A stretch of DNA of 64,000 nt from Gammaproteobacteria bacterium (GTDB lineage: Bacteria > Pseudomonadota > Gammaproteobacteria > Ga0077536). This document shows positions 9,438 through 19,714 of the stretch, one piece after another. The first letter of the stretch is position 1; each line of letters begins with the position of its first letter. The position numbers and the translations under genes are program-made. Where the stretch lies: contig JADLGE010000071.1 in NCBI GenBank assembly GCA_020849475.1, forward strand, positions 18,753 to 82,752, read 5' to 3'. The notes under the pieces were generated by a model, which had not been told where the DNA came from, searched no databases, and saw nothing but the letters and a program-made list of their open reading frames with translations.

Positions 9438-11117
9438 ATGAGCGCTTTCGATCATCGCAAGTACCGGCCCTATGCCCCCATCCAATTGCGCGACCGCACC
9501 TGGCCCGACCAGGTGCTGACGGCCGCGCCGCGCTGGTGCAGCGTCGATCTTCGCGACGGCAACCAGGCCCTGATCGAGCCCATGAACGTTGCCCAGAAAC
9601 TGCAGCTCTTTCAGCAGCTGGTGAAAGTCGGCTTCAAGGAAATCGAGATTGGTTTCCCGGCCGCCTCGCAGCCCGACTTCGACTTCGTACGGCGCCTGAT
9701 TGATGGCGGCCTGATCCCCGACGACGTCACCGTGCAGGTGCTGACCCAGGCCCGCGAGGAATTGATCGCGCGGTCGTTCGAAGCCCTGGCCGGCGTCAAG
9801 CGCGCCATCGTGCACTTGTACAACTCGACCTCGACAGTGCAGCGCGAGCAGGTGTTCGAACTCGATCGCGCAGGCATCAAGGGCATTGCCGTGCAGGGCG
9901 CGCAGTGGGTGAAGGCCCATGCCGCGCGACATCCTGCCACCGAGTGGATATTCCAGTACTCGCCCGAGAGCTTCACCGGCACCGAGCTCGATGTCGCGGT
10001 CGAGATCTGCGACGCGGTGGTCGAGGTGTGGCAACCGACGGCTGCCAAGCCCTGCATCCTGAATCTGCCCTCGACGGTCGAGATGGCGACGCCCAATGTC
10101 TATGCCGATCAGATTGAATGGTTCTGCCGCCATGTGCAGCATCGCGACGCGGTCATCATCAGTCTGCACACCCATAACGATCGCGGCTGTGCCGTCGCAG
10201 CAGCGGAACTCGCGACCATGGCCGGCGCGCAGCGCGTGGAAGGCACCTTGCTCGGCAACGGCGAGCGCACCGGCAACATGGACATCGTGACCATGGGCAT
10301 GAATCTTTACAGCCAGGGCATCGATCCCGAGCTCGACTTCTCGCGCATGGACGAAATCATCCGCTGCGTGAAAGAAACCACCCAGTTGCCGGTGCATCCG
10401 CGTCATCCCTATGCGGGCGAACTGGTGTTCACGGCGTTCTCCGGCAGTCACCAGGATGCGATCAAGAAATGCCTGGCCAAGCGCGACGATCGTCAGCCCT
10501 GGGAAGTGGCCTACCTGCCCATCGATCCGGCCGATCTCGGGCGCTCCTACCAGGAGGTCATCCGCATCAACAGCCAGTCGGGCAAGGGCGGCATCGCCTA
10601 TGTGCTGGAGCAAAGCCAGGGCTATCAGTTGCCGCGCTGGTTGCAGATAGACTTCAGCAGCGTGGTGCAGAAATACGCCGAGGACAGCGCCACCGAGGTC
10701 GAACCGCGCAAGATTGTCGAGCTCTTCGAGCAGCATTACGTGAGTGCGCGCACGCCCTATGAATTGATGGGCTACCAGGCGACGCGCGAGCACGGCGAGG
10801 ATCGCCTGGTCGCCAACCTGCGAGACAACGGCAAGGCCACCAGCCTGCAGGGCAATGCCAGCGGCGTGGTCGGCGCCTTCGTCGATGCACTCGAGCGCCA
10901 CACCGGCAAGAAACTGGTGCTGGTCGAATACAGCGAGCACACGCTCTCCAGCAGCGGCGGCGCGGGTGCGGAAGCCGTGGCCTATGTGCAGTTGAACCTC
11001 GACGGCAGCCGCTACTGCGGCGTCGGCCGCAGCAGCGACATCGTCGAGGCCTCACTGCGCGCGATCCTGGGCGCGGTCAATCAGCGCGCACGGCTGGCGC
11101 CGGGGGTGGCGGCCTGA
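9438..11117 (+). CDS. leuA: 2-isopropylmalate synthase, long (LeuA type 2) form
   Basis: 560 aa from ATG 9438; DLRDGNQ, HTHNDRG, LLGNGERTGN motifs and C-terminal LeuA regulatory domain. Confidence 0.92.
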   Translation: MSAFDHRKYRPYAPIQLRDRTWPDQVLTAAPRWCSVDLRDGNQALIEPMNVAQKLQLFQQLVKVGFKEIEIGFPAASQPDFDFVRRLIDGGLIPDDVTVQVLTQAREELIARSFEALAGVKRAIVHLYNSTSTVQREQVFELDRAGIKGIAVQGAQWVKAHAARHPATEWIFQYSPESFTGTELDVAVEICDAVVEVWQPTAAKPCILNLPSTVEMATPNVYADQIEWFCRHVQHRDAVIISLHTHNDRGCAVAAAELATMAGAQRVEGTLLGNGERTGNMDIVTMGMNLYSQGIDPELDFSRMDEIIRCVKETTQLPVHPRHPYAGELVFTAFSGSHQDAIKKCLAKRDDRQPWEVAYLPIDPADLGRSYQEVIRINSQSGKGGIAYVLEQSQGYQLPRWLQIDFSSVVQKYAEDSATEVEPRKIVELFEQHYVSARTPYELMGYQATREHGEDRLVANLRDNGKATSLQGNASGVVGAFVDALERHTGKKLVLVEYSEHTLSSSGGAGAEAVAYVQLNLDGSRYCGVGRSSDIVEASLRAILGAVNQRARLAPGVAA

Positions 11118-11357
11118 GTCAGGCCATAGGCGTAACGGGCTGTCGAAGACGACGGCCCGACATCGCTCCTCCGGCGCGGGTTGGCAGAATGTGAAGTACT
11201 TCCGAAATCGACGGTGGCTTGCTTCAAATGCGGTAACGCATACTCCAGACCACGGTGACACCTGCCACCGCGCCTGCACTGCCAGCATGGCCGACCGCCA
11301 TGAACTCGGCTCGAGGGCCGTGGATTTCGAAACCGAATCTACCGAGGAGCAGTCCCC

Positions 11358-12014
11358 ATGACCGTACATCGCCCACTCGCCGCGGCTGTATTGGCCATGG
11401 CTATTCTAGCCGGTCCCGCCGTTCACGCCGCGCCGGTCGCCATCGTCAACGCCAGCTTTGAAGCTGACGTATTCGGCGACGGCGGCTTCAACCTTACCGC
11501 GCCCAGCGGCTGGACCAACATCGGCGGCACCAGCGTCGGCACCTTCAATCCCCTTGTCAGCCAATTGGTCGCGCCGACTGACGGCGTGCAGGTGCTCTAC
11601 ATCAATGGCACGGGTGACGTTCGCCAGACCTTGGCGGATACCGTCGCCGTCGGCACTTACACGCTGAGCGCCGACTTCGCGTTCCGCAAGGACTGCTGCG
11701 GTACTGGCGACTTCACAATGTCGCTGTTGGCAGGGGGCGACACGCTTGCCAGCGTGACCGGCGGACTGGCCTCTGGCTTCAGCAGTACCGCATTCAAGAC
11801 CGCCGAGTTCAGTGTGGACGTGGTCGCAGGCGCAGCAGGCATCGGCGCACCCCTCGTCATACGCTTCCAGACCACGGCCGGCCAGACCGACATCGACAAT
11901 GTGCGACTGGATTTCGCAGCCGCGGCGCCCGTGCCGGTGCCGGCCAGCGCCTGGCTGCTGCTCCCCGCGCTCGCAGGTCTTGGCCGACTCGCTCGACGCA
12001 AAGCCCACGCCTGA
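11358..12014 (+). CDS. Secreted protein with VPLPA-CTERM / PEP-CTERM-like C-terminal sorting signal
   Basis: Signal peptide; mature N-terminus IVNASFE typical of PEP-CTERM cargo; C-terminus VPVPASAWLLLPALAGLGRLARRKAHA (motif + TM helix + basic tail). Confidence 0.7.
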   Translation: MTVHRPLAAAVLAMAILAGPAVHAAPVAIVNASFEADVFGDGGFNLTAPSGWTNIGGTSVGTFNPLVSQLVAPTDGVQVLYINGTGDVRQTLADTVAVGTYTLSADFAFRKDCCGTGDFTMSLLAGGDTLASVTGGLASGFSSTAFKTAEFSVDVVAGAAGIGAPLVIRFQTTAGQTDIDNVRLDFAAAAPVPVPASAWLLLPALAGLGRLARRKAHA

Positions 12015-12039
12015 ACGAGACCGCTCTCAGCTTCGACAA

Positions 12040-12069
12040 CCCCGGCCGCGCGCCGGGGTTTTTGTTTTG
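12040..12069 (+). terminator. Rho-independent terminator
   Basis: ccccggccgcgcgccgggg hairpin followed by tttttgtttt. Confidence 0.7.
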
Positions 12070-12160
12070 ATGACAGCTTACGCAAGCCGAGCCTTGCCGC
12101 CTTGATTGGCAAGCCACGGCGCGGCGGCGAGAATGGCGCACCGCCCGCTACTCACCGCCG

Positions 12161-14635
12161 ATGTCCGATCCACAACCCATAGACGCCGTCCTGCCCGAGT
12201 TGCTCGCGAGCCTCGCCGTGCAGCCGCGCGTGGTGCTGGAAGCGCCGCCCGGCGCCGGCAAGACCACGCGCGTGCCACTGGCCTTGCTCAAGGCTTCATG
12301 GTGCACGGGCAAAGTCTTGATGTTGGAACCCCGCCGCATCGCCGCGCGCGCCGCGGCCGGCTTCATGGCCGCGCAACTCGGCGAGGCGGTCGGCGAGACG
12401 GTCGGCTATCGCATCCGCTTCGAGCGCAAAGTCTCGGCGCGCACCCGCGTTGAAATCGTCACCGAAGGCATTCTCACGCGCATGCTGCAGGATGACCCGC
12501 TGCTCGACGGTGTGTCGGCGGTGGTGTTCGATGAATTCCACGAGCGTCATCTCGCCAGCGATCTCGGCCTTGCGATGTGTCTCGAAGTGCAGGCTGGCGT
12601 GCGGCCGGAGCTGCGCCTGGTGGTGATGTCGGCGACTTTGGATGGCGAGCGCCTCGCGAGCTACATGGATGCGCCGCGGGTGACGTCGGAAGGCCGCAGC
12701 TTTCCGGTGGACGTAAGTTACCTACCGCTGCAGGCGCGCGAAACGCCGGCGCTGCAATTCAAGCGCGCCGTGCGCCAGGCCTTGCTTGAGACCGACGGCG
12801 ACCTGTTGTGTTTCCTGCCGGGCAAGGCCGAAATCGAACGCTCGGCGCGGCTGCTCGATGACCTCGAGGCGCCGGTGGATATCCTCCACGGCGAGCTCGG
12901 CATGGAGGAACAAGCGCGCGTGCTGCGCCCGTCGAGCACGCGTCGCATCGTGCTTGCCACCAATGTCGCTGAATCGAGCGTCACTCTGCCCGGCGTACGC
13001 GCCGTCATCGACAGCGGCCTCGCCCGCGAACCGCGCTTCGATGCCGCCAGCGGCATGAGTCGTCTTGAAACCGTCAATATCGCGCAGTCCTCGGCGCGTC
13101 AGCGCGCCGGCCGCGCCGGACGTGTCGCCGCCGGCCGCTGCTATCGCCTGTGGTCGCCGTCGACGGTGCTGGATAATGCCGCGCGCCCCGAGATCCAGTG
13201 CGTCGAGCTGTCGTCACTGGCGCTGGAAATGAAAGTGTGGGGCTCGAACGAACTGCGTTTTCTCGACGCACCGCCTGCCGGCGCGCTGGCGCAGGCGCAC
13301 GATCTCCTGCGTGCGCTCGACGCGCTGGATGACGACGGGCGCATCACCGCCCACGGCAACGCCCTGCTCGCGCTCGGCGCCCATCCACGTCTTGCCAACG
13401 CCATGCTGCGCGCGCCCAAGGGCTGGCGCGGCCTCGCCTGCGATGTCGCCGCGCTGATCGAAGGGCGCGATCCGATGCTGGGTGAAGCGCGTCGCAATGA
13501 CGACCTGCGCGTGCGCCTCGCCGCGCTCCATGCGCAGCGCAGCGGGCACGGCGCGGGTAGCGACGTGCACCGTGGCGCGCTCGCGACCCTCGCGCAGGCC
13601 GCGCGGCAGTGGCGCGCGCGTTTGAAAATAGAGGAAGGACACGACGCGACGCGCGACCTCCACGCCCTCGGCGACGTGCTGGCGCTGGCCTATCCCGATC
13701 GCATCGCGCACCAGGACGACAACAATCCGCAGCGCTACGTGATGGCCAACGGCCGCGGCGCACAGCTCGGCGCGCAATCGAGCCTGGTGGGCGAAGCGTG
13801 GCTCGTGATAGCTGAACTGCGCTTCGACGCGCGCGACAGCCTCATACAACGCGCCGCACCGTGTGCGCTGGCATTTCTCGAACAGACCTATCCCAGCCAT
13901 TTCACGCGGCAACGCAAGCGCGCGTTCAACCCCGCCACCCGCGCCGTCGAGGAAAGCGAAGAGACGCGCTTCGCCGCCATCGTGCTCGAGCGTCGCACGC
14001 GGCCGGTGGCGCGTGACGCTGAAACCGCCGCGCTACTGGCTGAAGGCGTCGCGAGCCTGGGACTCGATGGCCTGCCGTGGAGCGATGCCTTGCGCGAATG
14101 GCAGGCGCGGGTGGTCAATCTGCGCGCCTGGTGTCCTGAACTGGCTTTGCCCGATGTCTCCGACGCGGCATTGTTGGCGAGCGCCGATAGCTGGCTCACG
14201 CCGCTGTTCGACGGCAAGGCACGCCTGTCGGACCTCGGCAGCGGCGATCTCGCCCACGCCCTCCATCAGCAACTCGACTATGCCCAGCGCCGCGCCCTCG
14301 ATGAACACGCGCCCGAGCAGCTCACCGTGCCCAGCGGCATGCAGCGCAAGCTCGACTACGCCATCGGTGAACCGCCGGTGCTGGCAGTGAAACTGCAGGA
14401 AATGTTCGGTCTCGCCGAGACCCCGCGCATCGCTCGCGGCCGCGTGCCGGTGCTGCTGCATCTCTTATCGCCACGCCAGACACCGCTGCAGGTGACGCAG
14501 GATCTGAAAGGCTTCTGGGAGCGCACCTACCCGGAAGTCAAAAAAGAAATGAAGGGCCGCTATCCCAAGCATCCGTGGCCCGACGATCCGTGGACCGCGA
14601 CCGCTACCCATCGCGCCAAGCCGCGCGGCACCTGA
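12161..14635 (+). CDS. hrpB: ATP-dependent RNA helicase HrpB
   Basis: 824 aa; DEAH-box helicase motifs (GAGKTT, DEFHER, SATL), HA2 and HrpB C-terminal domain. Confidence 0.92.
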   Translation: MSDPQPIDAVLPELLASLAVQPRVVLEAPPGAGKTTRVPLALLKASWCTGKVLMLEPRRIAARAAAGFMAAQLGEAVGETVGYRIRFERKVSARTRVEIVTEGILTRMLQDDPLLDGVSAVVFDEFHERHLASDLGLAMCLEVQAGVRPELRLVVMSATLDGERLASYMDAPRVTSEGRSFPVDVSYLPLQARETPALQFKRAVRQALLETDGDLLCFLPGKAEIERSARLLDDLEAPVDILHGELGMEEQARVLRPSSTRRIVLATNVAESSVTLPGVRAVIDSGLAREPRFDAASGMSRLETVNIAQSSARQRAGRAGRVAAGRCYRLWSPSTVLDNAARPEIQCVELSSLALEMKVWGSNELRFLDAPPAGALAQAHDLLRALDALDDDGRITAHGNALLALGAHPRLANAMLRAPKGWRGLACDVAALIEGRDPMLGEARRNDDLRVRLAALHAQRSGHGAGSDVHRGALATLAQAARQWRARLKIEEGHDATRDLHALGDVLALAYPDRIAHQDDNNPQRYVMANGRGAQLGAQSSLVGEAWLVIAELRFDARDSLIQRAAPCALAFLEQTYPSHFTRQRKRAFNPATRAVEESEETRFAAIVLERRTRPVARDAETAALLAEGVASLGLDGLPWSDALREWQARVVNLRAWCPELALPDVSDAALLASADSWLTPLFDGKARLSDLGSGDLAHALHQQLDYAQRRALDEHAPEQLTVPSGMQRKLDYAIGEPPVLAVKLQEMFGLAETPRIARGRVPVLLHLLSPRQTPLQVTQDLKGFWERTYPEVKKEMKGRYPKHPWPDDPWTATATHRAKPRGT

Positions 14636-14699
14636 AGAGAAGACGCGCTAAGCTCGCGCTCAACGGTTGTCATCGAGCGCGCGAGCGAGGAGTTTCACC

Positions 14700-15347
14700 A
14701 TGCAGCTTTATTCCTTCGAAGAGTCCGGCAACAGCTACAAGGTGCGCCTGCTTTGCGCGCTGCTGGGCGTCGCGCCCGAGCTCAGGAACGTGTCGCTGCT
14801 GGACGACGAGCAGCACCAGCCGCCCTTCATCGACTTCAATCCGCGCGGCGAAGTGCCGGTGCTGGTCGATGGTGAACTCGTGCTGCGCGACTCATCCGCC
14901 ATCCTGCTCTACATCGCAGGCAAGCACGGCAACGGACTCTGGTGGCCGGCCGACGTCGCGCGACAGGCCAAGGTCATGGAATGGTTGGCCTTCGCCGCGA
15001 GCTGGGTGCAGTACGGTGTGTTCACGGCGCGCGCGCTGGTGTCTTTCGGCATTCCGGCCAACGGCCTGCCGGCGGACTTCCAGGGCGAGGCGCTGGCGGC
15101 GGCGCACATCCGCGCACGACGCTCGCTGGAGATCCTCGAAACCGAACTCGCCACGCAGGCATGGCTGGCGCTCGGCCGTCCCACCATCGCCGACATCGCG
15201 GTCTTCCCCTACATCGCGCTCGCGCCCATGGGCGAGGTCTCGCTTACGCCTTACCCGGCGGTGCGCGCGTGGATAGACCGCATCAAGCAGTTGCCAGGCT
15301 TCGTCAGCATGCCGGGACTCGAAGACCCGATGTATCGGCGCGCTTGA
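14700..15347 (+). CDS. Glutathione S-transferase
   Basis: Start ATG 14700 after GAGG; GST N- and C-terminal domains. Confidence 0.85.
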   Translation: MQLYSFEESGNSYKVRLLCALLGVAPELRNVSLLDDEQHQPPFIDFNPRGEVPVLVDGELVLRDSSAILLYIAGKHGNGLWWPADVARQAKVMEWLAFAASWVQYGVFTARALVSFGIPANGLPADFQGEALAAAHIRARRSLEILETELATQAWLALGRPTIADIAVFPYIALAPMGEVSLTPYPAVRAWIDRIKQLPGFVSMPGLEDPMYRRA

Positions 15348-15390
15348 GCTTGCGTGCCGGACAGGCTGGCGCACAAGTTCCAAGGGCTCA

Positions 15391-15474
15391 TTGAATGTCA
15401 GGCTGAAGTCTGAGCCACGGACCAGCAGAATTCATCGGGGCGCGGATTTCAGTCTGACATTTTGAATGTGCGGG
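15391..15474. repeat. REP-like palindromic element (unit A gaatgtcagGCTGAAgtctga... plus unit B ttgaatgtgcgggg)
   Basis: Inverted copies aatgtcaggctga / tcagtctgacatt; the same family recurs at seven other intergenic sites. Confidence 0.8.
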
Positions 15475-15530
15475 GCTCTCCCCTATGCTGCCCCCCTCCA
15501 ACGCCAAGAACCACTCACGAAGGAAGCCTC

Positions 15531-16187
15531 ATGGATCTCAACACTGTCGATCATCTGCTCACCACCACGCGCTCGGTGCGCAAGCGTCTCGACTTCTCGC
15601 GCCCGGTGGAACGCAGCGTCATCACCCGCTGCATCGAACTCGCACTGCAGGCGCCTACCGGCGGCAACGCCCAGGGCTGGTCTTTCATGGTCGTCACCGA
15701 CGAAGCCAAGCGCGCGGCGATTTCTGCGCTGTACAAGAAGGCCTTCAAGCTCTACAGCAGCGATCCGAACATGCGCGCGCGCTATGGGGATGACGGCGAC
15801 CTGCGCGCCCAGCAGCTCGACCGCGTGCTGAGCTCGGCCGACTATCTGTCCGACAACATGCACAAGGCGCCGGCGCTGGTGATTGCCTGCATCGAAGGGC
15901 GCGTTGAAAAAGGCAGCCCGCTGGAACAGGCCGGTGTGTACGGCTCCATCCTGCCGGCGGCGTGGTCGTTCATGCTGGCGCTGCGTTCGCGCGGCCTCGG
16001 CACCGCCTGGACCACGCTGCACATCATGTATGAACAGGAAGCCGCGAAGATTCTCGGCATCCCCGACACTATCACCCAGGCCGCGCTGTTCCCGGTGGCT
16101 TACTACACCGGCGACGACTTCAAACCGGCCAAGCGTCTGCCGACCGAGCAATTCGTGCATTGGGACAGCTGGGGTTCCAAGGGCTGA
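15531..16187 (+). CDS. Nitroreductase family protein
   Basis: Start ATG 15531 after AAGGAAG; nitroreductase fold motifs. Confidence 0.8.
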   Translation: MDLNTVDHLLTTTRSVRKRLDFSRPVERSVITRCIELALQAPTGGNAQGWSFMVVTDEAKRAAISALYKKAFKLYSSDPNMRARYGDDGDLRAQQLDRVLSSADYLSDNMHKAPALVIACIEGRVEKGSPLEQAGVYGSILPAAWSFMLALRSRGLGTAWTTLHIMYEQEAAKILGIPDTITQAALFPVAYYTGDDFKPAKRLPTEQFVHWDSWGSKG

Positions 16188-16202
16188 GCGAAACGCTGCG
16201 AC

Positions 16203-17129
16203 TCACTGGCCGAGGCGCATGCGCGCCTTGGTCAGGGTGATGAAATTTTTCATGGTCGCGCTGGCCTCGCGCGACCACACGAGGCTGGTCTCGCATTCCG
16301 GTAAAGACAAGCGGTGCTTGCCGCGCTGCGCCGCGATGTCCCGATACACCACGCCCGGCCGCTGAAAGCGGCGCACGCTGGCCGGCACCCACGCCACGCC
16401 CAGGCCGGCCGACACCAAGTTGACGATGGTCTGCATCTGCACCGCTTCCTGTGCGATGCGTGGCGTGTGCTGGGCGCTGTGATAAAGCGCGAAGATGGCG
16501 TCGTACAGTGATGGCGCGATATGGCGTGGAAAGATCACGAGCGGCGTCTGCATGACCTGCGCGGCATCGAGCTTGCCGGCCGCGAGCGAATGACGCTTGG
16601 GCACCGCCAGCAGCAAGGCTTCCCTGTCGACCGCCATCGATTCGAATTCGGCCGGCGCGCGCCCCGGCGAGTGCAACAAAAGACCGCCATCGATGGCGCC
16701 GCGCGCCAGGGCATCCAGCTGTACGTCACCGGTCGCTTCGGTAAGTTCGAGCTGCACGGCGGGATAGCGTTCACGAAATGCGCGCACCCAGGCGGGCAGG
16801 TGCGTGAAGCCGATGGTCGAGACAAACGCGAGGTGCAGATGCCCGCTTTCACCGCCGGCCGCGGCGCGCGCCATCGGCGGCAGTCGCGCGGCATGGGCGA
16901 GCAGGGCCTGCACCTGCGGCAGCAGCGCCGCGCCCGCCGCGCTCAGCTCGACGCGGCGCTTGTTGCGCTCGAACAGGCGCACGTCGAGATGGCGTTCGAG
17001 CAGGGCGATGGCCTGGGTCAGCGGTGGCTGGGTCATATGCAGGCGGCGCGCGGCGCGTCCGAAGTGCAGCTCTTCCGCGACCGCCAGAAACTGGCGCCAC
17101 AGGCGCAATTCGATGTTCGGTTCTTTCAT
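16203..17129 (-). CDS. LysR family transcriptional regulator
   Basis: N-terminal HTH (LRQFLAVAEELHFGRAARRLHMTQPPLTQAIALLE) and LysR substrate-binding domain. Confidence 0.9.
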   Translation of the reverse strand: MKEPNIELRLWRQFLAVAEELHFGRAARRLHMTQPPLTQAIALLERHLDVRLFERNKRRVELSAAGAALLPQVQALLAHAARLPPMARAAAGGESGHLHLAFVSTIGFTHLPAWVRAFRERYPAVQLELTEATGDVQLDALARGAIDGGLLLHSPGRAPAEFESMAVDREALLLAVPKRHSLAAGKLDAAQVMQTPLVIFPRHIAPSLYDAIFALYHSAQHTPRIAQEAVQMQTIVNLVSAGLGVAWVPASVRRFQRPGVVYRDIAAQRGKHRLSLPECETSLVWSREASATMKNFITLTKARMRLGQ

Positions 17130-17236
17130 ATGCGAAGCGTATCACCGGCCACTGAATAATATATTGGACCGGCATCCTGCCCAACGCCGATAGTCTGGGC
17201 CGTCGCGACGCACCCAGCGTCGAGGAGGCCGAGGCC

Positions 17237-17623
17237 ATGCACACCCCACAAGACGACGAGCAGTCCGCGCTGCTCGACACCATCCACAGCTATCTCGACG
17301 GCTTTTACGCAGGCGATGTCGCCAAGCTCGCGACGGTCTTTCATCCGACCTGCGCGCTCACCCAGAGCTGTGACGGCGAATTGCACATCATCAAACGCGG
17401 CCTGTGGCTGGAGATGGTGCAGCAGCGCCCTTCGCCCGCCGCGCTCGGGCTGCCGCGAGTGGATCAAATTCTGTCCGTCGACATGGTCGGGCCACACATG
17501 GCCCACGTGAAACTGAAATGCGCCATCGTGCCGCGCTACTTCACCGACATGCTGTCGCTGCTGAAAGTCGAGGGACGCTGGCAGGTGGTGCAGAAGGTTT
17601 ACAGCACCGCCGACGCGCCGTGA
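17237..17623 (+). CDS. NTF2-like (SnoaL/DUF4440-type) small protein, divergent from LysR
   Basis: 128 aa, fold inferred from length and composition. Confidence 0.6.
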   Translation: MHTPQDDEQSALLDTIHSYLDGFYAGDVAKLATVFHPTCALTQSCDGELHIIKRGLWLEMVQQRPSPAALGLPRVDQILSVDMVGPHMAHVKLKCAIVPRYFTDMLSLLKVEGRWQVVQKVYSTADAP

Positions 17624-17659
17624 TGCACCGCTTATTCATCAACTCACAGGAGAAGCACC

Positions 17660-17941
17660 ATGCCCCATGTCCTGATCATTCATGAAGTCGCGGCTTATCC
17701 CGCCTGGAAGGCCGTGTTCGACAACGCCGCCGAAATGCGCAAGAAGGCCGGCGAGATCAGCTATCAATTGTTACGCCGCGATACCGATGCAAACCACATC
17801 GTGCACTTCTCGCGCTGGTCATCGCTGGAGGAGGCGAGAAATTTTTTCGAATCGCCGGAGCTGGTCGAGATCCGGCGTCAGGCGGGCGTGAAGGCGCCGG
17901 AGTTCATTTATCTAGAACACATCGAAGAAGGCGTGTTGTGA
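17660..17941 (+). CDS. ABM-fold (antibiotic biosynthesis monooxygenase-like) small protein
   Basis: 93 aa MPHVLIIHEV...HFSRWSSLEEARNF; fold call from memory. Confidence 0.5.
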   Translation: MPHVLIIHEVAAYPAWKAVFDNAAEMRKKAGEISYQLLRRDTDANHIVHFSRWSSLEEARNFFESPELVEIRRQAGVKAPEFIYLEHIEEGVL

Positions 17942-17957
17942 GCCGTGCAGGTTTATT

Positions 17958-17987
17958 TTGAATGTCAGGCTGAAGCCTGACATTCAG
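17958..17987. repeat. REP-like element, perfect hairpin gaatgtcaggc-tgaa-gcctgacattc
   Basis: 11-bp stem perfect palindrome read directly. Confidence 0.85.
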
Positions 17988-18002
17988 GGCGAGACGCGGC
18001 CC

Positions 18003-19682
18003 TCAGCCGCGCAACAAGCGCCCCGGCAGCGCGCCGGTGTGCACACCGTTCTCGTAGGTCACTTCGCCTTTGCAGAAGGTGGCGACATAACCGCGCGCCT
18101 TCTGCACCAGACGCTTGCCGCCGGCCGGCAGGTCGTAAACCATCTCGGGGTCTTCGAGCGCCAAGGCATCGAAATCGATGATGTTGAGATCGGCGCGCAT
18201 GCCTTCGGCGATCAGACCCCTGTCGGTCAGGCCATAGACCAGCGCGGTGTCGCGAGTCATCTTGTGCACGGTGTATTCGATGGGAAATATCGGGCCACGC
18301 ACGCGGTCGCGGCTCATGTAGGCGAGCATATAGGTCGGCATGCTGGCGTCACACAGCACGCCGCAATGGGCGCCGCCGTCCGAGAGTCCGAACACTGAGT
18401 GCGGATGGGCAATGCCGGCGTGCTGCTTTTCGAGGCTGCCGCTGTATTCACCCACCAGGTACAGCAGCGGCCGACCGGCAGCCATGATGTCCATCAGCGC
18501 CTCGCGCACGTCGATGCCCTGCGCGGCGGCGATGCCGGCCACCGATTCGTTGAAGCTTGGCTCGTAGCTCAAGTCGGTGGGCAGGATGAACATCTTGTCC
18601 CAGGTTGAAATCATGTTGGCGGTGGTCTCGTCGCGCGGCACCTTGGGCGTGTCGGCCAGCACGCGGGCGCGGAACGCCGGGTCCTTGAGCTTGGCGCGCT
18701 GCTCGGCTACCGACAGCTTCGCGATGTCCTTGTAGCTGCCAAACTGGCGCATGGGGTTGACCGTACCTTCGAGACTCATGAGCACTGAAGCCGGCCGTGC
18801 GCCGACCTGCGGGCGAATCTTCAAACCCTGCGCGTTGAGCTTTTCCGCCATGCCCCACACGTCGGCGCCGATGTTCGACGTGGCGAGAATGGTGACCGGC
18901 CTGCCGGTGCGCTTGGCTATCCATTCCACCCAGTGTTGTTCATCGGGGTCTTCCATGCGGTCGGAAATGATCTCGACGGTGCCGTGGTCGACTTCCGCCA
19001 GCGCATTGCCGATGGCTTTCAGCTCTTCACCGTCGGCGTGCGTACCAGGCACCAGCGCGCCGTGCTTGTCGAAGTGGCCGTAGAAACGGGAGGTGGTGAA
19101 GCCCAGCGCACCGTCCTGCAAGGCCTGCTTGGTGATGGCGGCCATCGCCGCGATGTCGTCGGCGGTGGCGTCGTCATAGCAACGCGCCCCCATCACGTAG
19201 TGACGCACGGCGACATGTGGCACCTGCGCGCCAACGTCCATCACGTAGGGCGTGTCGATGCTGTGCAAATAATCGGCGAAGCTTTCCCAGCCCCACGGAA
19301 TGCCTTCATGCAGCACGGTGCCGGGAATGTCTTCGACGGACTCCATGATTTCGACCAGCTCCGACTCGGTGCCCGGCCGCACCGGTGCGAAACCGACGCC
19401 GCAATTGCCCATGACTATGGTCGTCACGCCATGCCAGCAGCTCGGTGTGAGCTGTTTGTCCCAGCACACCTGGCCGTCGTAATGGGTGTGGATGTCGACG
19501 AAGCCCGGCGTCAGCAATTTGCCGTGGGCGTCGATGCTGCGCTTGGCCGGCCCTGCTATCGGTGCTTCGCCGGCGCGCGCCACCGCCACAATCTTGCCGT
19601 CGGCCACCGCCACTTCGCCCATGAAAGCGGGCGCGCCGCTGCCATCGACGATGCGTGCATTGCGAATGATGAGGTCGTGCAT
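18003..19682 (-). CDS. N-acyl-D-amino-acid deacylase (D-aminoacylase) family amidohydrolase
   Basis: Start ATG at 19682 after GGAG (MHDLIIRNARIVDG...); metal-binding FVDIHTHYDGQ motif; ~559 aa. Confidence 0.85.
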   Translation of the reverse strand: MHDLIIRNARIVDGSGAPAFMGEVAVADGKIVAVARAGEAPIAGPAKRSIDAHGKLLTPGFVDIHTHYDGQVCWDKQLTPSCWHGVTTIVMGNCGVGFAPVRPGTESELVEIMESVEDIPGTVLHEGIPWGWESFADYLHSIDTPYVMDVGAQVPHVAVRHYVMGARCYDDATADDIAAMAAITKQALQDGALGFTTSRFYGHFDKHGALVPGTHADGEELKAIGNALAEVDHGTVEIISDRMEDPDEQHWVEWIAKRTGRPVTILATSNIGADVWGMAEKLNAQGLKIRPQVGARPASVLMSLEGTVNPMRQFGSYKDIAKLSVAEQRAKLKDPAFRARVLADTPKVPRDETTANMISTWDKMFILPTDLSYEPSFNESVAGIAAAQGIDVREALMDIMAAGRPLLYLVGEYSGSLEKQHAGIAHPHSVFGLSDGGAHCGVLCDASMPTYMLAYMSRDRVRGPIFPIEYTVHKMTRDTALVYGLTDRGLIAEGMRADLNIIDFDALALEDPEMVYDLPAGGKRLVQKARGYVATFCKGEVTYENGVHTGALPGRLLRG

Positions 19683-19714
19683 GGCGGTTGCTCCGTGATG
19701 GGCTTGGGTGCGGC

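Noticed and set aside
9333-10940. 535-aa minus-strand ORF
   Set aside because: It is antisense to leuA, whose product has unambiguous conserved motifs.
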